Below, piece after piece: positions 11,691 through 23,683 of a DNA stretch of 64,000 nucleotides. The stretch's first letter is position 1. Every line of letters starts with the position of its first letter. The notes under the pieces were generated by a model that saw nothing but the letters and a program-made list of their open reading frames with translations, was not told the DNA's origin and ran no database searches. The stretch is from Epithemia pelagica (taxonomy: Eukaryota > Protista > Bacillariophyta). Location: positions 1,488,001 to 1,552,000 of the forward strand of contig OX337228.1 in the NCBI GenBank assembly GCA_946965045.2, given 5' to 3'. The position numbers and the translations under genes are program-made.

Positions 11691-12233
11691 CTAGCGATAT
11701 CGAAAGGTGATTCGTCCACGGGTCAAATCATAGGGACTGAGTTCAATCAAGACCTTGTCACCGACCAAAATTTTGACAAAGTTTTTGCGAATTTTGCCCG
11801 AAATGGTGGCCAGGACGGGTTCTTGCGTCTCGGATGCTCCATCAATGGCACATCGAAACATGGCATTCGGCAAGGATTCCAACACAACCGCCTCCACTTC
11901 AATCACATCATCCTTGGGTTTTCGAATGCGTTCCCGTTGAGCCGGTGGAGCATTTTTGCCACCGCTGCGAGCCGCCTTTTTGCCGTACAAGACCACCAAC
12001 GATGGAACCGGTCGTGGTGGTTGTCGCTGCTGGACCAACGAAAACGACATCGCGGACAATACACGGCTGGTAGGGATTGCTGACTTGGCTTGTCCACCAG
12101 ATTGTAATGCTTCTGGCAGTCGTTGCTGCAAGTTGGGACCAATGGAAAAGGCCGTGGCGCTCGTGGCCCCCCAAAGGAGGAGCGCACAAAGCATCCAAGA
12201 ACGGAGGATGGATATTCTGCTGGTCAAACCCAT
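11691..12233 (-). CDS. infA: Nucleus-encoded plastid translation initiation factor IF-1
   Basis: C-terminal [18 protein letters not shown]...[37 protein letters not shown] is the IF-1 signature; presequence ATA-FSIG. Confidence 0.95.
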   Translation of the reverse strand: MGLTSRISILRSWMLCALLLWGATSATAFSIGPNLQQRLPEALQSGGQAKSAIPTSRVLSAMSFSLVQQRQPPRPVPSLVVLYGKKAARSGGKNAPPAQRERIRKPKDDVIEVEAVVLESLPNAMFRCAIDGASETQEPVLATISGKIRKNFVKILVGDKVLIELSPYDLTRGRITFRYR

Positions 12234-12720
12234 GATACTAATCTGTTGAGAGTACTGGGGTCAAAGGCGCACAAGAAACGAGACTACAAGGACCTCTTTT
12301 TGTTTTCTACACAGATGGATGGTCGGTTGATGGTTGTGATGTTGATGGTCGCAATGTCTCTGAGTTTGATGGCCGCTGGCTCATTGTTCCGTCTTGTGTC
12401 ACGTCCTATCGTGTACAACGTACGTCAGCATTATTTACAGTTGACGTAAATGTACACCTCTAATGTTTCACGGACTATGTGTGTGAGGGTGTAGTTGGTG
12501 GTCTTTTCGGTCGCGCTTCGGTCATGGAATTAATCGCCGTTTCGTTTTCTCGCGTGAGAAAAATCTATGCGATCACAAAAATGTCCAAAGATACCGTACT
12601 ACACGCAAAAGTGCAAAGAACAACATGCCCAACCAGTGACAGTGAAAAAGTGTCAGTGCACGGGGAAAACCGCCGTACAAGAGAGAGGGTCCAAAGGTGC
12701 GAACGAGGTACTACTACACC

Positions 12721-15700
12721 ATGAGTAGTGAGCTCCTCAATGGTGGTGGCAGCCACAGCAGCTGGGGTTCCAACCGTTTAGGTGGACGTGGAGGTTCCAC
12801 AACAACGACGGACCTCTTGTCGTCGCGTCTATCGGCCATGTCCAACAACCACCACAAGGGACTTTGGGGTCGACAGACACAACTGGATCAATTGCAGGCA
12901 CTTGCCCGTCTGGTGCAAGGCTCGGAGGCCAACAAGCAAGTGGCATTGGTGCATGGTCCTTCGGGCTGTGGCAAAACATCCCTGTGCCATGCCTTGAAAT
13001 CATCCACCACCACCACAACGAGTACTCCTGCAGCTACAGGAAATGACGCTGCTGCTGCGCCAAGCAATAATCCTACGTACGGGCTTGTGTTTGGAAAGTT
13101 TGATCAGTATCAAGACAATTCGGTACCCTATTCCGCCTTGGCGCAAGCCATGGAAGGGGCCTTTTTCGATATGACGCGACAAGAATCTCAAGCCTTGGTA
13201 CGTTCCCTCGGTCCCGATTGCTTGGGTGTCCTGTGTACCTTGGTTCCAGCGTCCGAGGCGTTTCTGTCGTACGACTGGTCGTCGTCTCGGTCCAGTGAGT
13301 CGTCCTCCAAGGCATGGAACGACAAACGTCAAGAACCAACACCAACAACATTGCACAATAGTCATGACAAGACAAGGCCGAAACAGGACGGCACATCATT
13401 ATCATCCTCCCCCCAAGGGGCCAGTGGGAAATTGGTCCTGTCTTCCACGTTGCTGGGCCTGGCCATGACCAAGTTCTTGACCCAGATATCCTCCTCCCAA
13501 CGGCCCACAATTTTGGTGCTGGACGATTTGCAATGGGCTGACCAAGTCCCTGGCCATTTTAAAAGTGATTGTTCATCTCCAACAAATCAAGAACCTCTTC
13601 TTGATTGGAATCTACCGCGACAGTCTGGATCATCCAGAGTCCATGTCGTCCAATGGGAGTACTAGCAATAACGAGTCGTATACCAGGCTCCATGCATGGT
13701 TGAACGAAGCAACCTGCGACGATCAAGGAACGACCTTGCCCTATGTTCACGACATTGCCGTGACGGCTCTGGATCCCATGCATACTTCAAAGTTTGTCCG
13801 GTACCTCCTGTGTCTGGAACAACCGGAAGAAGAATCGGACCCGAGAAAGGACGCAGCATCCTCTGGTTTGATGGACTTGGTGTATCGAAAAACCATGGGA
13901 AATCCCTCTTATGTGGTTCAATTTTTGATTCTGCTCCAAAAAGATGGTCTCTTGCAATTCAATTATGGGACCAACACATGGCAATGGGATTTGCCCAAAG
14001 TTCAGTCGGCCACCTCGGTGGCCCAAAACGTGGCCGCCCTCTTGACAGTTTCCGTCCAAAGCTTGCCATGGCAGGCACTTCGTGTCTTGCAGTTGGCCGC
14101 ATGTTTGGGCTATGTCTTTGACGTGGAACTGCTACAAGAACTCTATCAAATCAGTCATACGAATGAAACTGGTGAAACGATTTGTCCATTTTTGGGTACC
14201 ACCAAGCGTACAGCGGAGGACGAGAAAGAAGAAGAGGAACAAGAGGGTGAGAAACCCAACGAGGCTACCGACATTTCTCAAACGGTCGAGAGATTGGTCC
14301 AAGAGAACTATCTGGAGGCACAAGGGAACAACAACAACAACAAAAAAAACTCTTCCGATTCACGCACGATCAGGTACAACGCACCGTTTATGAACTGATT
14401 CCTCCCGGAACAGAACGGGACAACTTTCATTGGTTCATTGGTACCTATATTTACAACATGTTCAGCACTGGATCGGCCAGTCGATCCAAGCTCTTGTTTT
14501 TGGCGACAGACCAACTCAATCGCGGATGCCCGGCATCCCGTATTGCCACAATGAAAGACGAGGAACGTAAATGGTTGATGGAGTTGAATTTCGAAGCCGC
14601 CAATTTAGCCAAGGATCGTCATGGACTGGATCTTACGGGGCTCTTTTTGGACAAGGCCAAGACGTTGATCCAAGCACATGTTGACTGGGACACGTCATAC
14701 GAGTTGGTCGTACATATCTACAATTCCATTGTCTCGTTGGAAATCTCGCGTGGACGGTACGAAGATGGAATTGCCATTGTCGATATAATTCTGCAACATG
14801 CCCGTCAAGCTCAAGACACGATTGTGGCTCTGGCTTCACGGACCACAATCCGAGCGGCAGCACTCGAATTCGATGTGGCTTTGGAGGATGCCAAGAACGT
14901 TCTCCAGTTGTGCGGTGAACGACTTCCAACAGTCCATGCCTGGACGGTTTCTCGGGAACTTCGGCGAACCAAACGCTTGGTGGAAGGCAATTCGGAAGAA
15001 GAACTCTCTGCACTGTTTCAAAAGGAAACGGAGGCTGACAAGAACAAGTTGATTGCCATGAAGACGTACCTTACTGCCTCGGTGTGTGGATGGCATGGTA
15101 ATACCACCATGCTTGCATTGTGTTTTCTTGGCTTGTTTCGGCTCGCGATCCAGTTTCGTCGAAACCAATATAACGGAATCGCATTCACGGCGTTCGGGGC
15201 TCTGCTGGCCAACAACGGCGATGTCGAATTGGGCCACCGTTTGACTCAGCTTGGATTGAAGGCACAAAAGGCAGAGGATATCCCAGCAGATGCTATCATG
15301 CATGCATATTCTTGTGTTGTCCATGAAAAATTGCCACTGGCATCGCTTTTGGATATGTCCTTGACTGGTTATAGAAGAGATCTTGCCATGGGGGATCCAT
15401 TTCCGGGTATCGTCTGTCTTTTGATTTATGTGGATGCCTATAAGGGTTTGCGGGCTGCGGTTGGACGCATTGGCGTCTGACTTGAGCAAGTATGCAGAAC
15501 AAGTGAAAATGATTCATGGTGACTTTATGCTTTGCATGATGTTGCCTACATTACAGCTGGCATTGAACCTCATTGGTCAGTCTGATGACCCGGTCACGAT
15601 AAATTGGGAAATTATTCTCCAACACGGATATTGCAATGAGGGTGTGGAAATAGCTGTCACGAATGCAAGCCTGCAGCTGAATTGTACACAAATGTTCAAT

Positions 15701-16339
15701 TCCTTGGTAATGAAGGACATGGAGACGGCAGAAATGGCCTTTCGAAACGTTCAAGGTTTTCCGAGATACAATCGAATGTTCCAACTCAACTATTTCAACA
15801 AATACTTTTGCATGCTTACAGAGGGCCTGGTGGGTTTTTGGCTCGGAAAAGAGAAACGAAACACCTATCGCAAAAGCGCTAAGCAGACGATCCATTGGTT
15901 TAAAGAAAGACCAAACCTCAACACCGTTCCACTTCGGCTTTTGCTAGAGGCGCAGGAAGCAGCTACAGGACGACAAGTGGACCCCGCACGAGTGAAGACC
16001 TTGTTTGACAATGTGATTGTAATGTTGGCCCGAAGTGGACTCGTACACTATGGTGCAATCGCCAATGAGCTTGCAGCCGAGTTTCTCATGGACAACAAGA
16101 TGAGTGTTGAGGAAGCAAAACAGTATTTCATGCGCTCCATGGAACTGTACATGGAATGGGGAGCGATTGTCAAGGTGGAAGCTCTTGAAAGGTTGCATGA
16201 TCTGTCTCGGGATGATAATACGACCACAACGAAGATAGCGTCTACACTTCGAGGACGAGAAAGTTTCAGTTCCCGGGTGGATGCAACACGGAAGCCAGGA
16301 ACACAGAGTTTGGTTGACGACCTTAGGGGTGAAGAATGA
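12721..16339 (+). pseudogene. STAND-like AAA ATPase (COG3899/AAA_16 type) with helical C-terminus, broken by three frameshifts
   Basis: Walker A GPSGCGKT, GKFDQ, Walker B LVLDDLQWAD, GNPSYV and FRFTHDQVQRTVYELIP. Conserved motifs continue across frame changes at about 13546, 14349 and 15445, with no room for introns. Confidence 0.7.
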
Positions 16340-16925
16340 TTAGCGCGGGATTAGGATGGCAATGTTGTATACATGATGACTCATCGCTCTATCATCCTGC
16401 TAGTCGGGCAATGTGTTGTCAGTGTGGTCACATGGTTCTTCCATACCAAGAAAATGGATGGGCCCAGTTCTTGTCGGATCGAGCGCCTCAAGTCCCCTCC
16501 ACAAGAATTTGGTAAAGCGATGTCGATGGATGAATCGGGTACGGAGAAGAATACGAGTCTCTAGAGGCGACAAAGAACCAGGGTAGAAGTGCACCATCAC
16601 CAACATGGGAGTGTCGATACCTCGGTAAGCAAGAAATGTGAAAAAAGAGAGACGATACCCTAAGAAAGACGAGTGAAGCGGTCGCGGGAAAATGGGAAAG
16701 AAGTTCCAAGGGAAAGGATGAACCGTTAAAAGTTTTTATCCCTCACTGCAGCATGATTCGACCAATAGAATGAACTCCAATCTTTCGGTGCACAATCGTC
16801 CAGCAGTACAAATCATTTTGTGTCGACAATCGTCCACCATCGGCCGTGGACGGTGCGTTTCACTTGGTGGACTTGCTCGTCACACGATGTACCGTGGTGG
16901 ATGGATCGGATCGCCGACTACTGCC
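16162..16925. repeat. Inverted copy of segment a
   Basis: Aligns to the reverse complement of 7096-7829. Confidence 0.9.
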
Positions 16926-17495
16926 GGCCAGTGTCCACTTGACGGAAGCACTCAAATTGGAGTATTTGCGAGAGATTGGCTTTACCCACTTGCGGATTGC
17001 CGATGGTGTCATCAGCTCCCTGCAACTCTATGGACTAATCGCACGCTTGTGTTCCCTCTCCAACAAGGCGGCAGTATTGAACAAGGGCTCGTAGAGTTGT
17101 ACCGAGTAGGAGTATATAGTATATAGAACTGCTGGAAATTCAAGGACAAACTCGAGCTATTTTTATAAGGGGAACGAACACTATTGTGCATCACGTAGTA
17201 TGGTCTCTAGAGTGTGGTTGGTAGCTTTTGGCACAATGCAGATATAGTCGGTTGATAGTTGGAGAATTTGGATGGATGGATTGTATGCGTATACAATGTG
17301 TGTGTATGTTTGTACAGGATTGGACATGGGACAGTGGCATCAAACATACCGACGTAGGAGGGATTTTGTCATGACATGGTTTACAAGTGTCCACCGTTGC
17401 GAAGAGCGTGATGTACCATGGTCCCCAAGTATCCATCTCGTGCGGCCCAGGCCCACTCGTGCCATTCCAAAAGAGGAGACGAACTGGAGGCGGCC
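16926..17495. repeat. Inverted copy of segment b (RFC2 3' fragment on + strand at 16926-17094)
   Basis: Aligns to the reverse complement of 7830-8729; encodes [19 protein letters not shown]...NKGS*. Confidence 0.9.
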
Positions 17496-17959
17496 AGGTC
17501 CGTCGCAGTCGCCAGGATGCTTAGAAAGACCGTCAAGGACATGGCGGCGGCGACAACGACAACGACCGCAACAAGAACTGTCATGGTGGAGGCATCGCCC
17601 CAGAGAATGCCAGCCATGGCTTCTTGAAACAGATTCATGGAGGAATCACTCATGGCCGATGACGACTCCTTAACTTGGCTGGATGACAATGCCATGAGAT
17701 CCTTGTTGGTGGTAGATTCTGGGACTGTCAAAGAACTGGTTGCTGCTGCCTGGAGTTCATCGTTCTGGTTCTTATTGTGATTCTTACTGTTGCTGGGACC
17801 AAAATCTTGAGAGGTGGTAATGGAAGAAGAGAGTCTTGTGGGTGTCATTGTCGTCGCAATCGACGGAAAGGGTGTCTTGGGGGTCACCACAAACCCAGTC
17901 GCCATCCAAGATGAACCCAAGAAGAAAGTGATGAGAACGAGACTTGTGGAGGAGATCAT
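17381..17959 (-). CDS. Hypothetical plastid-targeted membrane protein (192 aa)
   Basis: Signal peptide ...MATG-FVV, a hydrophobic segment and C-terminal EWHEWAWAARDGYLGTMVHHALRNGGHL. Confidence 0.65.
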   Translation of the reverse strand: MISSTSLVLITFFLGSSWMATGFVVTPKTPFPSIATTMTPTRLSSSITTSQDFGPSNSKNHNKNQNDELQAAATSSLTVPESTTNKDLMALSSSQVKESSSAMSDSSMNLFQEAMAGILWGDASTMTVLVAVVVVVAAAMSLTVFLSILATATDLAASSSSPLLEWHEWAWAARDGYLGTMVHHALRNGGHL

Positions 17960-18682
17960 GATGATGATGATTCTTCAAGTATTCGACAGTATAGTTTCTT
18001 GTTTGTTGCAAGCAGCGTCTTCAGAGACCACGGAAAAGATACCTTTCTCGATGCAAAATAAAAATTTATGACAGGTCCCCAAGAGGCATCTACAGATTGT
18101 GATTGTGATGGCACGAGAAAGGTTCTTTTCGCCATTGGGGTTGCCCAGAGAACATGAAAGAAAAATGTGAGCAGATGTGTCAATCATGATGGAAAGGGAA
18201 TCGACCGGCATGCCATACCCCCCAGCGGGGGTGAGTCATGAGGTTTAGTGATTCGATCCTGGTGTGCAAACTCTTTCTCACCCCCACGGCGCGTCCCTTC
18301 CGCTCTCGACTTTGACACAAACCTCGCAACCACTCCGCGCATTCACCACGGCACTGGAGGTGATGCGATCGTCCATGGCCCATCATCACTGCCCAAAGGC
18401 CACCATCATCCAAAACAAGGCGCATGTGGACTGTATGACTTGATGGTGGTGCAGAAAGGTTGACATTGGCTTACCAAGGTCCATGGTAGGCAGCAACAGA
18501 AGCATCGCCCAAAACAACCTTCTTCTCACCCATTATTCCTTTCTATCAGGCATTGACGATGTTCCCCCTCTTCCTTTCTCTCCTTCCTTCATTGATTGCA
18601 TCGGCCTATCTTTATCCCATGGAAAACAAGGCCCTCAGCACTCGACAACAACAACAACATTGGGGTCTTCACTCTCCACACA

Positions 18683-18829
18683 TGACAAGGGAGAGCGACC
18701 TAGTTGAGACTCCCCTAGCTCACGTCAGACTCGCAATCGTCAGTGCTTACGCACACATTCTTCTTTAGGCCCTACCGGCATTACGTAACGTATTATCTAG
18801 TCATAATTTTCAAAACCATCCCCTTTTCA
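18683..18829 (+). repeat. 5' LTR of element A
   Basis: TGACAAGGG...CCTTTTCA, identical to 49043-49189. Confidence 0.97.
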
Positions 18830-18842
18830 GGTTATGAGCCCA
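18830..18842 (+). promoter_or_regulatory. Primer binding site of A (tRNA-iMet anticodon-arm / half-tRNA type)
   Basis: GGTTATGAGCCCA directly after the LTR is complementary to UGGGCUCAUAACC, the priming mode known from Drosophila copia. Confidence 0.85.
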
Positions 18843-19033
18843 AATATCACGCACGTAAATTAGCATAAAATTGGTTGCGAAAGAGGAACAAACCGGACCT
18901 TGACGTTGAGAAAGAGCCGTCTACAAGAGCCCGTTGATGTCCCCAAGTCCTACCAAGTTCGAGAGCCCGTTGTATATAAACGGTGAGCATCGAAGACACA
19001 AGAAAACGAAGAGCAGCTGCGGTTTTGCGGTGA

Positions 19034-20596
19034 ATGGAAAGCCTTCAAGACCTTTTGAACCTATTACCAGACTCCGATTTGGAATCCGAAGAACCAGGTT
19101 GGTCAGATACAGTAAGCTTAGCTAGTAGTATAATGACGACGACCGGTACAGTCCCCATTACAATCAATGGCGTGACTATTGAAGTGAACGATCAAGCGAC
19201 GCCAGCGCAGAATGTCGAAACCGCTTTGTTCAAGAAGGAAGATCGCGAAGGAATGGGCGCAGAGAAGCGTCAAGAACTCTTTGCCAAGGCTTCAACTTCC
19301 ACTCCTGCGAAGTTTGACCTATTGTCCCCTAATATTACTGACGTAAAGCAACTCGAAGATTGCTACAATCTTAATCTTATGGTTTCAAGATTAAAGAGCC
19401 AGCACGTGATGTATGACATGCACGATGTCTTCATGGTTGTGACCCCTGATGGGACTGGCCCTGCCTTAAAAACAGACGCTAAGAACGAACCCAAGGATCT
19501 TTATTCTTTCTATTCCGATCTTACTGAAGAACAAGTGGCCCTTAGCAACGAATGGTACTCTACTTGGCCGAAGAAAAGCTGGTATCGCGAGAATCTCATG
19601 CCGACCGCTAAACAGCTTGAGGTTAGTATGAAGAACACGCTCTGGACTAAAGTCTATGAGCGCTACAAACGGTACAAGACGGAGCAACAAGGCGGTCCCT
19701 TGGTGTTCATTATTATGATGAAGTTGCTAGTCACCCACACTGAACAAGCGACTAAGTCGCTAGTAGAGACGGTGGAGAACCTCAAGATCTCTAAAGTTCG
19801 TGGAGAAAACGTCTCCAAAGTTGTGAGTCTTATTTTGGGCGCTTATGAGCGGTTGGAAGCCATCGAAACGATTCCCGAAGACTTTGACAAGACCGTTCTG
19901 ACTGTTCTGCAGACAAGTTCTGTGGACAAGTTCAACAAGGTTTTCGAACTGATCGAAAGCCAGGCTCGTATTGCGACTGCCCTTTCTCGTTCAGGTTCTA
20001 CCGTCCAAGCCCAATTTACGATCCCCAAGGTGGAGTCTCTCTTGGATCTTGCTGAGCAAGAGTATCTAGCTCTTTGTCGGTCCAACGATTGGACTGGCGC
20101 TAAAACCCGCGGCAGCCCGTCATCCTTACCTGCCGTTGATCCCGATTCTAAACCTAGTGGTAATCGTAAAGGCCCTATTTGCTGGAATTGTGGTGGAAGT
20201 CACACCCTTAAAGACTGTCTGAAGCCGCGCAATGAGGCGCTTATTGAAGCCAATCGCAAGAAGTTCAACGAGGCAAAGAACAAGTCCGGCAATTCGGGAT
20301 CCTCCGGTTCTGGGTCTGGGTCGCGCCGTCACAAGTGGCGAGCCCCTACTCCTGACGAGAATAATCGTCGTGTCATCGATGGCAAATCTATGTCCTGGAA
20401 TGCCGACACGAAGCGTTGGGTCGCACTGGCCACCACTCCTCCTCCGACTGCCGCCAACAATCCTCCTGGCGGGTCCTCCCGGCGTGTGCAGATTGCAGAA
20501 TCCACTGGTTCCCCTGGTCTCGACGAAGCCAATAATCGTCGGGCCATTGAGCGCACTGTCCACACGTTGATGGCGCAGTTTCAAGCCCTCCCGTGA
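19034..20596 (+). CDS. gag: Gag of element A (520 aa)
   Basis: ATG ORF after the PBS with a zinc knuckle CWNCGGSHTLKDC; ends at TGA 20594-20596. Confidence 0.9.
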   Translation: MESLQDLLNLLPDSDLESEEPGWSDTVSLASSIMTTTGTVPITINGVTIEVNDQATPAQNVETALFKKEDREGMGAEKRQELFAKASTSTPAKFDLLSPNITDVKQLEDCYNLNLMVSRLKSQHVMYDMHDVFMVVTPDGTGPALKTDAKNEPKDLYSFYSDLTEEQVALSNEWYSTWPKKSWYRENLMPTAKQLEVSMKNTLWTKVYERYKRYKTEQQGGPLVFIIMMKLLVTHTEQATKSLVETVENLKISKVRGENVSKVVSLILGAYERLEAIETIPEDFDKTVLTVLQTSSVDKFNKVFELIESQARIATALSRSGSTVQAQFTIPKVESLLDLAEQEYLALCRSNDWTGAKTRGSPSSLPAVDPDSKPSGNRKGPICWNCGGSHTLKDCLKPRNEALIEANRKKFNEAKNKSGNSGSSGSGSGSRRHKWRAPTPDENNRRVIDGKSMSWNADTKRWVALATTPPPTAANNPPGGSSRRVQIAESTGSPGLDEANNRRAIERTVHTLMAQFQALP

Positions 20597-20640
20597 TGGT
20601 GTGGCCGTCGACTAGTCGATGTAGGCCACCTGTTTCATTG

Positions 20641-21423
20641 TGTTACAATTCTTTCTGAATCGTAGGGACATTGATGCTCGGTAGAGCAGACAATCAGGTA
20701 GGTCACCAACCGATACAAGCTTCTCAGGGTCAGAGAAGCAAGCAAGTCGAAGTCTATCAGAAGGATAGTCGGGACACAAAAGAGGATGTGATAAATGGTG
20801 ATATTGTTAGATTGTGTGTTGATTACTACGATAGGTCTACGTGAAATGTTCGGTCCTGCCAAGGGTCATGTATCATAGGTTCTTGGCGGCAACAGGTTTG
20901 GAATAGTTGGAGTTGATTCATGTGATGTATATGACATGTATATGTGGGCGGATAACATATACAGGGTCAACAGCTCTTGCTTTGGGTTGGCATAGTTGTT
21001 TTCATGGCGCGCAGCTTGTTGACAATTTGGAGATTGTGGGAATGGAAATATGGTCTCGCGTGATCGTGTGTCGTGCTTGGGATACTTAGACCGTTGGATC
21101 GGATAGATGCCGATAGCGCTCGGATGTCGCTTGGGCGCGCTCGATGATTTCGGGCGCGTACGCTTAGGGCGTTAGTACAGTGTCCGAGCAACGGCCAAAT
21201 TTACGTCCGTTGTAATACCGCACGACCCAATTTAGTCTTGAGAGTGAGTTCGTCAATCTATTCTCACTTTTCATGATTTGCGAAGAAATATAGGTCGATA
21301 TAGCGCGAAGCTAGGAAACATAGCTCGAAGCTAGAGGGCATGATGCGATAGCACGAGGCTATGTGACATGGGGAATCGATGAGATGTAGAATCTAACCAC
21401 CATAGACGGTGAGAATTCTAACA
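20641..21423 (-). repeat. LTR B1 (783 bp)
   Basis: TG..CA ends with a TGTTA/TAACA inverted repeat; purine tract GAGTTGTGGGGAG adjacent on the minus strand (21424-21436). Confidence 0.95.
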
Positions 21424-23683
21424 CTCCCCACAACTCGTCGTTTCAGCCTTGTCATCATTGGATTTGTTGAGGTCTTGAACTTCTCCTTTCCAAAACAACA
21501 ATGGCTTGAGCATGGGCCAGATAGATACGAAATCCCAATGTTTGCTAAGGATATCGGCGGGGTTGGTCTTTCCATCTTTCCAGTAGAATGCAACATACTT
21601 TGCTGCGATGGCTTCACGAACTCGGTGGTATGACAGAAGATGGTGTCTCTTGGATAGTATGGAATGAGGAACGGTTGCATTGAGCACAACAGATCTGTTA
21701 TCTCCGTACATGTAACTTCGCTCTCGGATAGGTACTCCAAGGTAGCGGAGAGAATGTCGTAATTCTGTAATCTGATCTATTGCTGTCCTTGCAGCCACGA
21801 ACTCGGATCCATAGGTAGCAGTTTCCACTGTGCTCTGTCTCTTGCTGTACCAGTCAATAGGTGTTCCGTTCAACAAATGTAGAACAGCAGTGACGGATTT
21901 ACCAGTGACTATGTCATGCATGAGATTGGCATCAACATAATGAGTTGTAGTAACATAGCGGCCAAGAGGTGTTGGGCAGTCTTCAGGAATACGTTCACTT
22001 GCATTCGAATAGACAGTGCGAGTCCAATCAAATTCTTGGGTAGGAAGACTTGAATAATCAGGCTCTCCAATCCTAAATCTGATTGCGCCTTCTGGGAGAT
22101 GTGCAAGGTATCCATAGATACGCTTGGCTCTATCAAGATGTCCTTTCCTCGGAGCAGCACGAAAGCGTGATAGCGTCATTGTAGCGGTGAAGACGTCGAA
22201 ACGACCAATAGTGATCACCCATTGAAGTTGTCCAATCAGAGTTTGGAAATGGTTAGTGCCTTCTTCATCAAGGAGCTCAGAATCGTCCAATTCAGGATGG
22301 TCTCCACCAATAAGAGGTGTTTTGGCTTTCTTGGGTTTCTCCTTGAAGATTCGTTCGAAAGTGTCCATCATCTTACCAATGTAGCGTCTTGGATCTGCTA
22401 CTAATGTTCCATCAGAATCCTTGGTGTAACAACATCCCAAGTGGAAATCAATAGGTCCATCTCCTTTGAGTTTGAAGTTGTATTTCTCCTTCAGGATCTT
22501 GCAGATATTCCCAGGATCAGTAGAAATAATGGCTAAGTCATCAACGTATACGGCAATGTATTCGTAACAGTCTTCTCCAGGTGCCTTCCTCATCCAGATA
22601 TCCGGATCTGCTTTGCTTGGTGAAAATCCCATGTCTGTCAAAACATCGAATAAGACATCATGCCAGCGTGCGCCTGATGACTTCAATCCATAAAGTGCCT
22701 TGTATATAATCAGGATGTGACCTTCTAATTCCTTGAATTCAGGTCCTGCGACAATGAAAAGTTTCTCCCCTGTCAAGGCTTCCAGATATGCGTTTCCAAT
22801 ATCTGCTCCCCATATTTCCAAGTCATTCAAAGTACCCAGGAATAAGGCAATGCGGAGGTTGCGAATGGAAACAACACCTGAATAGATTGTCTCAACAGGT
22901 TCTTTTGTGAGATGTCCATCTGCGACAAGTCTTGCTTTATGTCGTCCATCATGTTTTACGTCAAAGACAAGATGTACACGTATCTTATGATATCCTTCAG
23001 GTGCATTGGATACTTTCCCTTTAATGAAGATGGCTTTCCCAAAATCCTTGAATGTCTTGTAGGACTGGATCTGTGACAATTCTAATTCTGTTGCATCTTG
23101 CCACTTTGTGTTGCCATGTTGTTTATCAAGAGTGACAGCTTCCTCATAATTGCGTGGTACTTGGAATCCAAACTTATACTTGACGGAATGGTGAACTTGT
23201 TTAATCCTTGACTGTTTGGCTGCTCGAATGAGACGTTTGCTTGTTTTGACATAACGTTTCAAATGCTTCCATCCAGGTTCGTTGAGTAAATCATGTTTCT
23301 TTCCATAAATTGCTACAGTGATCGGATCATCATTGGCGATGAGTGATAAAGGTTCATAGGTAGTCTCCCCAGTTTCCCAATCAACAAGCAAATTATATTT
23401 GCTCCCCTTGTAATCTGGATCAGTTGTGTTCAGTGGGCCTTGATGGGCAATGACGTCCCTGAACCTGAAAAGATTATCTCCAGAGGTTTGAGCTTGGTTA
23501 TCTCGTTCGATATACTCCATGAGTTGATTATAGGATATCATCTCATCAACATCAGAATTTGTCTTTTGGTAGATATACTTGACACGTTCTTCCTGTTTCG
23601 TTGCTTCTTCATTAAGATCAATGACTCGTTTGATGACACGTGCACGGTGTCGCTCCCCATTTTCTTCTGTGTCGCATAGGAAT
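21418..23683 (-). pseudogene. Unit 1 of array B: 5'-truncated pol (chromo-like, RT, RNase H only)
   Basis: Matches the C-terminal part of the 1895-aa ORF (one SNP seen at 23567); joined to LTR sequence at an AT microhomology. Confidence 0.9.

Noticed and set aside
16846-17094. 82-aa ORF with the RFC2 C-terminus
   Set aside because: Chimeric breakpoint fragment with a GTG start and no evidence of a promoter.
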